A DNA stretch of 64,000 nt, taken from contig OY729427.2 in assembly GCA_963422375.2 (NCBI GenBank), positions 1,216,001-1,280,000 of the forward strand, read 5' to 3'. The DNA comes from Bryobacterales bacterium (GTDB taxonomy: Bacteria > Acidobacteriota > Terriglobia > Bryobacterales > UBA6623). Shown here piece by piece: positions 22,801 through 32,052 of the stretch. Position numbers and translations under genes: made by a program. Below the pieces are notes generated by a model. The model did no database searches. It was given only the letters and a program-made list of their open reading frames with translations, and was not told the DNA's origin. Position 1 is the stretch's first letter; every line of letters starts with the position of its first letter.

Positions 22801-23280
22801 GCCGCCGATTACCGCAGGCTCGCGTTCCGGCTGATCGCGGCTTTGCTCAAGGCGGGGGCTGGGCAAAGTTTCCACGACGCGCAACCCCTTGCCATCGACT
22901 TTCCCAACGGACGCGTACTTGTGGAGCCCAATGAATTGGCGGAAATGTCCGATGGCACCGTCATCATCCGCCTGGTTCGTACGGGCTACAAGCGGAGCGA
23001 CGAATACGACAGGCTGGAATACACCCTTTATCACCTTGCGGCCCAGAGTCAGTTTGGCGGCAACGCCATTGTGCAGGCGTTGCACTTGACCGACGAAACG
23101 CATGAGCCCGTTGTGATCAGCGGGACCAAGCTCGGCAACCGATGGAAGAAGAGCGATACCATGTTGAGCGGTATCGCCTCCGGCGAGTTTCCGCCGAAGG
23201 TAGACGCTGTGACCTGTCCACGGTGCCCTTACTTCTTCATTTGCCCCTCCGTGCCTAACGGCACCTTGTGGCTCGACTGA
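19847..23280 (+). pseudogene. ImmA/IrrE metallopeptidase + UvrD (SF1) helicase + PD-(D/E)XK-like nuclease fusion, split by one frameshift near 20805
   Basis: AHELGH (HExxH) and ELQAN; AGPGTGKT, TFSNRAA, TFHAF, VDEYQD, VVGDARQSIYRFRG, NYRS, MTVHGSKGLEF, EEECLFFVA; YEKCPRRFFY and terminal CPRCPYFFIC. Confidence 0.88.
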
Positions 23281-23374
23281 TTTCGTACGGAGTAGCCTTT
23301 CCGGGTTCCTGCTCTGCTGGCGATCAAGCCCGGGATTCACGATGGCTGTAGATACGTGACTGCCCGTAAATTTA

Positions 23375-24891
23375 GGGAATTATATATCTGAGTGCCGACA
23401 ACGCCATATCCGACTAGAACTGCTGTGAGCAGGGAGGTGGGTGTCGAGCTGGGGTCATGCGAGTGCGGCCGCGGCGGGCACAGAGGGGTGGGGGGTGGGA
23501 TCGTATCTGAATCGAGCCTGCCAGCGGATTGGACGAGGAAGGGACTGGAGAGGCCGCCTCGCATGCCCCGGTTGCCCCGGTGGAACCGGGTTGGCGGTGG
23601 CAGGGCACCCCTTGCAAGCCGCTTGCAGGCCCTGCGAGGGCCGAAGACAGCGGATCCCCGGCGCTCGACGGCCTGCATGGACGGTCCGGACCGGACCGGG
23701 GTCGCGCCAGGGCATTGCGGATCCGGTGCGCCCCTCGTACCGAGCGTGAAGAGCGCGTCCGCAGCGGGCTGCCGCGCTCAGCGCGGCGGGCGCCGCTCAG
23801 GCCGCGACCGCGGCCTTGCCGGTCAACTGCCGGCAGGTCAGCGTCCGGCCGACCAAGCCCCGCGCCATGCGCCGTATCTGTTCCGCCGTGTCGCAGTCGC
23901 GGTCGTTGTACCGTCCCGCGAACTCCGTGAGGTAGCGGCCGAGATGACGGACGCTCATCCGGTGATAGGTTCCGTACAGGCCGCGCTTGAACAGGGACCG
24001 GAACGATTCGATGCCGTTCGTATGCGCCGCCCCGCGCACGTACTCGCCGCCGGAGTGCCTGACGGCTTCGTGCGCGAACTCCGCCATGCCGGCGTAGGCC
24101 GCCGCCTCGTCGGAGCGGACCTGCGCGCCCGGCGCGACCCGGCCGCGCACGAAGCCCTGCAGGTCGCCCTTGGCGGTGCCCGGCAGCGGCCGCGCGGCCG
24201 CTGCGTTCGTGGCGCGGTCCCGCGCCCCCGCCACGGGCGTCTTGCCGACGGGCCCGCGCCCGGCGCGGGCCTTCTTCCTCTCGTGCTTGTTGCGTTCCTT
24301 GCCGCCGACGTAGGTCTCGTCCACCTCCACCGGGCCGGCGAACGGGCCCTGATCCCGCTCCCGGCACGCGCGGATGCGGTGCGCCAGGTGCCAGGCCGAC
24401 TTCCGGCTGATGCCTAGGTCGCGGTGCAGCTTCATGCTCGAGACGCCCTTGATGCCGGTGGTCAGCAGGAACAGGGCGACGGCCCGGGTGCGGTAGCCGA
24501 GCTTGGTGTCGGCCATCACGCTGCCGGCGCGCACCGAAAAGCGCTTGCCGCAGCCGCGGCAACGGTACGGCATCGAAGGGTGGGCCGCGTCGGACTGCAC
24601 GCTGGAGCCGCGGCAGCGGGGGCACGCGGGACCGTCCGGCCAGCGCATGGAGGCGAACCACTTTTCCGCGGATTCGTCATCGGGGAACATGGCGATCACT
24701 TCGATCAATGTGATGCCTTTACGGAACCACTTTCCGGGACCTGATTTCTTCATTTACGACATCCCCTACTGGAACTATTCTACCAAGAAAAACCACAGAA
24801 TATCAACGGAAATTCGGAAGAAATATGAAATCTTATAATGGCTTGATAATTTGCCGACTTGATTCCCTCGGCACTCAGATATATAATTCCC
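23375..24891 (-). mobile_element. IS1595-family element copy 3 (1517 bp, both TIRs); transposase 23797-24753
   Basis: Same TIRs and 318-aa transposase as copy 2, inverted. Confidence 0.95.
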
Positions 24892-25178
24892 ATATAATTC
24901 CCAATGAATACAGGGGGCTTCTGGTACGGCAGGTGTGACGGGGGCTGTGACACCCCCTGTGACACGGGACTCAGGGGCAGTCACAGGCTGTCACGGCATT
25001 CACGGCTCGATTTCCGGCTCCCGTGTCGTTCAGATGCCCGATGATCGGTTCTGTGATCCGGGTTGTCCAGCCGTTGCCAGGCGTCCCTACACCCTCTCGT
25101 CCGCGTGACCCCGTTCTGCCCGCCGTCTCTCCAGCAGCGGCCGTCCGGTAGCGCTTGGGATGCCGGCTGAACGGTTGC

Positions 25179-25499
25179 TCAGTCTCCGACCTCGCGTAGC
25201 TGGCCGGGCGACATCGCCGCCAGCGCCTTCAGGATGCTGTCGACGAGTGGCCGCAGGTGGACCATGCGGTTCGACGGCGCCCGGATGATCAGTATGCGCA
25301 GGCCGAGGCCGCTCAGGTTTTGCTGGTGGGGGAGACCTCGATCCATGCTCAACAGGGCATCGAAGTACTTGCCTGCTTGCCGGAGCAACGCGCCGTTCTT
25401 CGTTCCCGACCAACCCTCGGCTTGGACGCTGCTGACGTGATGTCCGGCCAGCTCCGGGGCGAGAGCCCGTGGTAGGTTCTCGTCAAGCAGAACGCGCAC
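25179..25499 (-). CDS. DUF5615 PIN-like toxin
   Basis: MRVLLDENLP..GWSGTKNGALL..LLSMDRGLPHQQN; overlaps the DUF433 gene. Confidence 0.85.
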   Translation of the reverse strand: MRVLLDENLPRALAPELAGHHVSSVQAEGWSGTKNGALLRQAGKYFDALLSMDRGLPHQQNLSGLGLRILIIRAPSNRMVHLRPLVDSILKALAAMSPGQLREVGD

Positions 25500-25719
25500 G
25501 GGCCAGAACGAAATCGCGCGCCAGATCCAGCGCAGCGAGCGCCTGTTCCTTCGACACCGAGGGGAACTGGTCGAGGAAATGGTCGAGCGTCTCTCCGCCT
25601 TCCAGGTAGTCGAAGAGAGACTGAACCGGCACTCGCGTGCCGCGAAAGACGGGCGTGCCGCCGGAGATTTCCGGGTCGCTGTGGACGACGGAGGGCGATT
25701 CAGCTCGCATCCGCTCCAT
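25483..25719 (-). CDS. DUF433 antitoxin
   Basis: DPEISGGTPVFRGTRVPVQSLFDYL..FLDQFPSV. Confidence 0.9.
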   Translation of the reverse strand: MERMRAESPSVVHSDPEISGGTPVFRGTRVPVQSLFDYLEGGETLDHFLDQFPSVSKEQALAALDLARDFVLARARSA

Positions 25720-25952
25720 AATAGTTCATCAGCCCGCCCGGCGCGGCAACTCCGCCATCGTGGCTCCGAGGCTCGTCGACCGGTGCGCCGGTTGGCGCTC
25801 CAGCCTTCGGCGAGCCCGCCGTATCTTCTGCCAGCCGGACTGCCAGCCGTTTCTGATGCGCTGAGCCGTTTTCTGACGTTTTCTGATGGGTTCTGCTCGC
25901 GATTTTCTCAATGAATACGGGATCTGTTGGACTTGCGGCGCGAAACTGAACC

Positions 25953-25992
25953 GATTACGAATCAGCTGCTCTACCAACTGAGCTACGCCGGC
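25953..25992 (-). tRNA. 5' half of tRNA-Thr(CGT), att-site remnant (not a functional tRNA)
   Basis: GCCGGCGTAGCTCAGTTGGTAGAGCAGCTGATTCGTAATC, then no T-arm or 3' acceptor strand; lies just downstream of an integrase remnant. Confidence 0.8.
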
Positions 25993-26176
25993 ATCCCTTT
26001 AGAATCAATGACTTGTGAGGTGGTGCGAGTTTCTGCCAGCCAAACGGTCTGCATCGGCCGGCACAGCGTGCGCTGAGGCAGCCGGGGCAAGCGCGACCGT
26101 GTCCTGATCCTCATCGTCACGATTCCTCTATTGTAGTCGGTTCCCGCCGACGGGCGCGACCCCCGCGCACCCGCCT

Positions 26177-26602
26177 TCACGCCTCGGCCACGACACGTAG
26201 GCGGCGGATGGCGTCGCGCTGCTTGGCAAGCGTCGGGGCGGCGTAAGTCCTCGTCGTCGTCGGGTCCGTGTGCCCGTACAGGTCCTGGATGTCCGCGAGG
26301 TCGGCCCCGGCGTGGCGCAGCCACGTGGCGAAAAAGTGGCGGATCTGATACACCGTGAACGGTTCGAGATTCGCCTTCCGGGCGGCCGTGCGGATGGCCT
26401 TGTTCGCACTCGGCGTCGACTAGGCGCCGAACGCCTCGCTGTCGATGAAGGCGTGTGCGGCCGTAGCCGCCTCGTCCACCAGGGGCACCGCGGCGAGTCG
26501 ACCGCGCTTCCCCCGCGGGACGGAAACGTACGGAATGGCGTCGTGAAGGTGGAAGTCCTCACGGGTCAGGCGTCCCATCTGTGACGGCCGCATTCCCGTC
26601 AA
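26177..26602 (-). pseudogene. Tyrosine integrase C-terminal remnant
   Basis: TGMRPSQ..RGKRG..AFGA*ST..YQIRHFFATWL..DIQDLYGHTD..RTY; TAG at 26420-26422; N-terminus lost. Confidence 0.85.
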
Positions 26603-27309
26603 CTATTTCATTTGCCATCAGCAGAAAACGGATTTCCTCCAGGCCTTGCAGGTCGATCAATATCTCCCTCAAATAATCCTCAATCTGCGGAGGCCGAGCG
26701 ATTCGAAATAGCGTCCTCTCATCAACACGGACTGCTGGTAGATCATCAAGCATAGTGACCCCCTGCAGCTAGTGATACGTAGGCTATAACGAGCTGAAAG
26801 TTCTCAATCTACCCTTCTAATAGAAGATCCATTGGCACATTATTTCCAAACACTTTATGTCTCTCTCAACCATTCGGTCTCGACACTTGTGTCTCGAAAA
26901 AGACCGTGGATGAGGGCTCGAATCACGACGAGAAATGCAACTCTCCTCTCAACACGTCTCGTCCATTGAATAGACGATCCATATATGAAGGATCCGTCTG
27001 GTCAAATCCGAAGATAGAACTTGTTTCTTCCCGTTCAATCTGCCAATCTCCGACGAGCCTTTTAATGAACTGGACGGGACCATTCAACCGACGAGTATAT
27101 GCCGATTGACTTGCATCTATTCTCTCCCCAGAAAATTTAAGACGCTCTAGCGTGCCAATACGTAACCTCAAGACATCGAATGAAGTTTGACTCTTTTTCT
27201 CCGACGCAAAAGACACCTTGTCATCAGGAACTTGGACAACTCGAAGCCGCGCGACTCGGTTGATATCCTGCAATTGTTGGGTCTGCACCAAGTCGTATTT
27301 GACTGTCAT
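26603..27309 (-). pseudogene. AT-richer remnant of an Xre/MbcA/ParS antitoxin plus the start of a RES-type toxin
   Basis: ORF 26923-27309 continues in broken frames as GLFRDTSVETEWLRE..VFGNNVPMDLLLEG*IENFQLVIAYV (DUF2384-like). A coupled ORF MLDDLPAVRV..TLFRI follows and is cut by the integrase remnant. Confidence 0.5.
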
Positions 27310-27438
27310 ACATTCACCCCACTGGCAGCGGCTTCAAGCGATATCAGGCAGTCCAAGCCGATACCTTGAAATGCTGATTCAAGCAACGTGGAAATTTGAA
27401 TGAGATGCTCGGAAATGCCCGATTTCAGCAATTCCCTT

Positions 27439-28489
27439 CCTGATTACCAACGAACTTCAGCCGAGGATATGCTATACTGAAGGAGGTCGTAAATCTCTGA
27501 TAGGAAAGGGGATAGCATCTGAAACGCAATCGCGTGCAATTGCAGAAGGGACTCAGCCTGGGGAAGTTCCTGCAGCGCTACGGCAGCGAGGGGCAATGCG
27601 AGCACGCCGTCTTCAAGTCCCGCTGGCCGGACGGCGGCCGGACGGCTTCCGCTGCCCGGAGTGCGGCTCCCGACGGCACTGCCGCATCCGCTCCCGCACG
27701 CTCTGGCAGTGCCATGCCTGCCACCGCCAGAGCTCCCTCGTCGCCGGCACGATCTTGGCCGGCACCAAGCTGCCGCTGACCGTCTGGTTCCTGGCGCTCC
27801 ACCTGCTGACGCAGGGCCAGCACGGCGTTTCGTCGCTGGAACTGGCACGGCAGCTGGGCGTCAGCCGGAATACCGCCTGGAAGGTGAAGCACAAGCTCCT
27901 GCAAGTGATGAAGGAGCGCGACGAGCGCGTGCCCCTGCGCGGCATCGTGCAGGTGGACGACGCTTACTGGGGCGGGGAGCGGACCGGCGGCAAGCGCGGG
28001 CGCGGCGGGCAAGACGCCGTTCGTGGCCGCCGTGCAGGTCACCGCCGACGGCAAGCCGGACAGGATGCGCATGAGCAGCGTGGCGGGCTTCCGCAAGAAG
28101 ACGCTGGCAGCGTGGGCCGGGCGGCACCTGCAGCCCGGCACGGAGGTGCATTCCGACGGCCCGGCCTGCTTCCGGGGCGTGGCCGGCGCCGGCTGCGAGC
28201 ACGTGCCGACCGTCACCGGAGGCGGGCAGCGGAGCTGCGCGGATTCCCGCTTCGTCCGGGTCAACGTCCGGGTCAGCACGATGCTGGCGAACGTCAAGCA
28301 GTCCCTGGCGGGAACCTGCCATTCGCTCGACGGCAAGCACCTGCCGCGCTACCTCGCCGAGTTCTGCTACCGCTTCAACCGCCGCTACGACCTGGAGGCG
28401 CTGGTCCCCCGCCTGCTCCACGCCTCCGTGCGCACCCCGCCCTTGCCTTACCGCCTCCTAACCTTGGCTGAGTCTTGTGGGTAATCAGG
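27439..28489 (+). mobile_element. Second IS1595-family element (ISSod11-like), frameshifted transposase
   Basis: TIR CCTGATTACC / GGTAATCAGG; QLQKGLSL, CPEC..CHAC, QVDDAYWGG, SDG, YLAEFCYRFNRR. Confidence 0.9.
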
Positions 28490-28523
28490 TAATCCTATAG
28501 CATCGTGTGAGCGTAGTCAACGG

Positions 28524-29531
28524 TTACGGGCGCGGACGAGTCCAGTCGAGCGTGGCAGGCGAGTCGCTGGTACGAAGTGCGCTGAGTCCCTCGGCGGCGT
28601 GGTAGGAACTGCGCACTAGCGCTCCGGACTCCACGTGCCGGAAGCCTAGGCACAAGCCGTAGTCGCGCAGGGCCGCGAACTCGTCGGGCGCATAGTAGCG
28701 TTGGATCGCCAGGTGGTCCGCCGACGGTCGGAGGTACTGTCCGATCGTGACGATGTCCACGAGGTGGTCCCGCAGATCCCGCAGCGTCGCATGAACCTCG
28801 TCAACGGTCTCGCCCAAACCCAGCATGATTCCGGACTTGGTTGGCAGGGAGGGCCGGGCCTGCTTGGCGTAGCGCAGCATTTCCAGCGAGCGGCGGTAGT
28901 CGGAGCCGACGCGGACGGTCCGGTACAACCTCGGGACAGTCTCTACGTTGTGGTTGAGGACATCCGGCCCAGCCTCCGCCACCGTATCCATGGCGGCTCG
29001 GGAGCCTCGGAAGTCCGGCACGAGCACTTCGACGCTGCAATCCGGCAGCCGGTCTCGAATGGCCCGGACGGTCATGGCGAACAGCTCCGCGCCGCCGTCG
29101 GACCGGTCGTCCCGGTTGACGCTGGTTACCACCGCGTGGCGCAGGCCCATCCGATCCACGGCGTCCGCAACCCGGCGCGGCTCGTCGTAGTCGACCGCGT
29201 GCGGGGGGCCCTTCTGGACAGCGCAGAACCCGCAGCGGCGAGTGCATACGTTGCCCAGAATCATGAACGTGGCGCTGAGGCGGTTCCAGCAGTCGCCGAT
29301 GTTGGGGCAGGCGGCGCTCTCGCAGACCGTATGCAGGCGCAGGTCCGCCACCAAGCGCTTCAAGCTGCGATAGTTCGGGCCCGCCGCGGCTGGGGCCAGC
29401 AGCCAGCGGGGACGCGGCCCGGCCGGATTGGCCAGCGGCCGCGCATGCGCCGGCACCATCGGCTTCGCACGCAAGGCGTCCATTGGGACGAAGCTGCTCA
29501 CCGCAAGGGTTCCGACGCGGTGCGCCGACAT
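28524..29531 (-). CDS. lipA: Lipoyl synthase (true start may be slightly downstream)
   Basis: CESAACPNIGDCW, CTRRCGFC, NHNVETV, TKSGIMLGLGE, GQYLRP, VRSSYHA. Confidence 0.96.
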   Translation of the reverse strand: MSAHRVGTLAVSSFVPMDALRAKPMVPAHARPLANPAGPRPRWLLAPAAAGPNYRSLKRLVADLRLHTVCESAACPNIGDCWNRLSATFMILGNVCTRRCGFCAVQKGPPHAVDYDEPRRVADAVDRMGLRHAVVTSVNRDDRSDGGAELFAMTVRAIRDRLPDCSVEVLVPDFRGSRAAMDTVAEAGPDVLNHNVETVPRLYRTVRVGSDYRRSLEMLRYAKQARPSLPTKSGIMLGLGETVDEVHATLRDLRDHLVDIVTIGQYLRPSADHLAIQRYYAPDEFAALRDYGLCLGFRHVESGALVRSSYHAAEGLSALRTSDSPATLDWTRPRP

Positions 29532-29588
29532 GCCCGTCGGCGCACCGTCACAGCCCTATCCTACCAGCGGGCCGCCGGCAGGGGCGAG

Positions 29589-30233
29589 CTAGTCCTCGCT
29601 GGCGAGGTACCGATGCACGCCGGCCGCCAGCAGCCCCCCGACCGGGCACGCCACGAAGTAGATCCAGAGCGAGGACAGCGCCGTCGGAGCGTCGCTAAAC
29701 AGCGCCGGGCCCAAGGATCGCGCCGGATTGAGCGAGGCTCCAGTAAGCGGACCGCCCATCGCGATGCAGGCGGTGAGAGTCAAGCCGATGGCAATCGGCG
29801 CGAGATTGCCGGCCTTGTTGCTGACGGCTGCGTGGTAAATCGAGTTGACGAGCAGGAACGTCAGGATGACTTCGAGCAGGAAGGCCTGCCCCGTTCCGAC
29901 GTCCGCCGCCGGAACGGTCGCGCCCATCGAGCCGCTCCCGCCGACCACGAAGCTGAGCGCCGAGGCACCGACGATGCCGCCAATGAGCTGCACCACGATG
30001 TACCCGATCGCCTCGCCGACCTTGATCTGGCCGCCTGCAAGCAGTCCGATTGTGACGGCCGGGTTGATATGGGTACCGGAAACGTTGCCGTAGGCGTAGG
30101 CGAACGCCATCACGACCAGACCGTGCGCCAGAGCCACGGCGACGAGATTCCCGCTGACCGCCGCTGCGCCGGCCCCGATGAAGATCAGTGCGAAAGTGCC
30201 GATGAACTCAGCGACCAGTTTCTTGCCCTGCAT
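29589..30233 (-). CDS. Aquaporin / MIP family channel
   Basis: AEFIGTF, SGTHINPAVT and SLNPARS (two NPA boxes). Confidence 0.95.
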   Translation of the reverse strand: MQGKKLVAEFIGTFALIFIGAGAAAVSGNLVAVALAHGLVVMAFAYAYGNVSGTHINPAVTIGLLAGGQIKVGEAIGYIVVQLIGGIVGASALSFVVGGSGSMGATVPAADVGTGQAFLLEVILTFLLVNSIYHAAVSNKAGNLAPIAIGLTLTACIAMGGPLTGASLNPARSLGPALFSDAPTALSSLWIYFVACPVGGLLAAGVHRYLASED

Positions 30234-30378
30234 GGGACTTGCCCTCCTCGCGCCCCGACCCGTGCGGGGCATGACAGACGCAAGATTGTATCACCGACCG
30301 GAGGCCTTCCGACAAGCGTTCCGTATACTGCGACTGAGAGCGGGCCGGTGTGGCCGGGCATCGGGCCGGCATGACGGA

Positions 30379-32034
30379 ATGCACCGCGACACGCAAGGCG
30401 GCGACAGCCTGCAAGGCTTTCTGGCACCGGGCTTCGTGAATCTCGAAGAGCTGCTGGACGCTCTCGAGTTCGAGGTGGTCCACTCGGGCGGGCTCTTCGG
30501 ACGGCAGGGACTCGAACTGCGAAAGTGCCCTCCCGGCACGCGCAAGGTCGCGCTGACGATCAGCGGCGGCGGCGCGTCCGGGGCCTACAGCGCGGGCCTG
30601 CTCGAAGTTCTGCTCGCCGGGCTGCGCGAGCGTGGAATCGACGTCGGAATCTTCGTGGGCACTTCCTCGGGGGCCGTCAACGGATACGGGGCGTTCGTCG
30701 CTGCGCTGGGCAAGGAAAACAAGCAATTCCGCTCGGAACCGTCGGTGCGGCAGCCCTTCGAGAGCTACATCGCATCGGTCTGGTCGTACCTGGACCGGGA
30801 CGGCAAGGCCTCGCGTTGGGTGGTCGGACGGCGCTCGTGGATCGTGCAGCTGGCCTCGCGCGGTCTCCCTTCGCGCTGGGCTCGGGCGGGCCTGCTCGCC
30901 CTGGTCGCCCTGGGCGCGATCCTGCTGCAGGCGGTCCTGCTGGTGCCCGCGACTTTGGCAGCGACCCGGCCCGCGCCGCTGCTGTACGCTTCGCTCACGA
31001 CCGTCCTCCTTGTCGCGACGGCGTGGATCGTCGCCAGGGCCTTCCGCCAGAGCCTCTTCCTCGACCTGCCGCTTCTGCGACTCCTCTCCAACACGGGTCT
31101 CGGCGGAGACCTCAGGCGCTTTTCCCGCATCTCGCGCGGCCAGGCCGTCGACCGGGGGCGCAACCTGAGCCGCGAGATCGTCGGCGAGTGGTACCGCCGA
31201 CGCGATCATCTGCCCGAGCTGGTGGTCACTGCGACAGACGTCACCGCGAGCAGGGAGTGCCTCTTCACGCTGGTGCGGCCCGACACGTACGCGCAGCTGG
31301 TCCGGCGCGAGTGGCTGGCAGTCCAGTTCGATGCGCCCCTGGGCGACGCGCCGGCCTATCGCGTCGCGGACTCCGCGACCTTCGCGCTACCGGAGAACCT
31401 GCTGAGCTCGGTCCTGGCGTCAGCGGCCGTTCCCGGCGCGTTTCCGACGCAGCGCATCGGTATCTACCGGCACGGATCGGGCAAGGTCGTCAGGCATCAC
31501 TTCGTCGACGGGGGCGTGCTGAACAACAGTCCTGTCCACGTCGCGATCGACGCAGGCGCCACGCACGTAATCTCGCTGGAGACACTGCCCTTCAAGACGG
31601 ACGATCCTCTGGAAGACGGCGACCGAGGGCACGTAAGGTACAACCTGCTGGAGGCGGCCCTCGCGGCCTTCACTACGGTTCTGGAACGTGCGAGGGATGC
31701 TGACATCCGCCGCACCGCGTCCTGGAACCGATTTCTAGTGGGCCGGCCGGCCGGGCTGCGACCGGGCTGCGGGAGGGCGTCCCCGTCCGTCCGGCGGCGT
31801 CGAGTGATTCCCGTCTACCGGGTGGCCCCGCGGGAGCCCCTCCTCGGCACGGTCGAATTCGGGGGCCGCATCGAGGGAGGCCAGCGGACGGTCACGCTGC
31901 GCGACTTGCTTCGACGGGGCGTGCGCGACATGCAGGGGCGCAACATCTGGGCCGCGACGACGCACTACGCGCCGGAATGGCACGATCCAGAGGCCGAAGC
32001 GAGCGACGCTGCCGAGAGACGCGCCGTCGGCTAG
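30379..32034 (+). CDS. Patatin-like phospholipase with internal transmembrane hairpin
   Basis: SGGGASG, GTSSG (GxSxG), ASAAVPGAFP, VDGG; two hydrophobic helices inserted. Start uncertain. Confidence 0.85.
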   Translation: MHRDTQGGDSLQGFLAPGFVNLEELLDALEFEVVHSGGLFGRQGLELRKCPPGTRKVALTISGGGASGAYSAGLLEVLLAGLRERGIDVGIFVGTSSGAVNGYGAFVAALGKENKQFRSEPSVRQPFESYIASVWSYLDRDGKASRWVVGRRSWIVQLASRGLPSRWARAGLLALVALGAILLQAVLLVPATLAATRPAPLLYASLTTVLLVATAWIVARAFRQSLFLDLPLLRLLSNTGLGGDLRRFSRISRGQAVDRGRNLSREIVGEWYRRRDHLPELVVTATDVTASRECLFTLVRPDTYAQLVRREWLAVQFDAPLGDAPAYRVADSATFALPENLLSSVLASAAVPGAFPTQRIGIYRHGSGKVVRHHFVDGGVLNNSPVHVAIDAGATHVISLETLPFKTDDPLEDGDRGHVRYNLLEAALAAFTTVLERARDADIRRTASWNRFLVGRPAGLRPGCGRASPSVRRRRVIPVYRVAPREPLLGTVEFGGRIEGGQRTVTLRDLLRRGVRDMQGRNIWAATTHYAPEWHDPEAEASDAAERRAVG

Positions 32035-32052
32035 CATGCTGGCGGGAGGATT

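Larger units (their letters stand above)
10556..24891. mobile_element. Composite transposon bounded by inverted IS1595 copies 2 and 3
   Basis: 8-bp direct repeat ATATAATT at 10548-10555 and 24892-24899, followed by CCC (24900-24902), which completes the TIR of copy 1. Confidence 0.8.

Noticed and set aside
10556..24891. Inversion by intramolecular transposition rather than a composite transposon
   Set aside because: The matching 8-mers are direct repeats on the two outer flanks, and the inner flanks match nothing. Not fully excluded without an empty-site genome.
6937..28520. attR duplicate of the tRNA-Leu 3' end
   Set aside because: No repeat of the tRNA-Leu 3' sequence was found by eye; the island limit is inferred only from the return to lipA.
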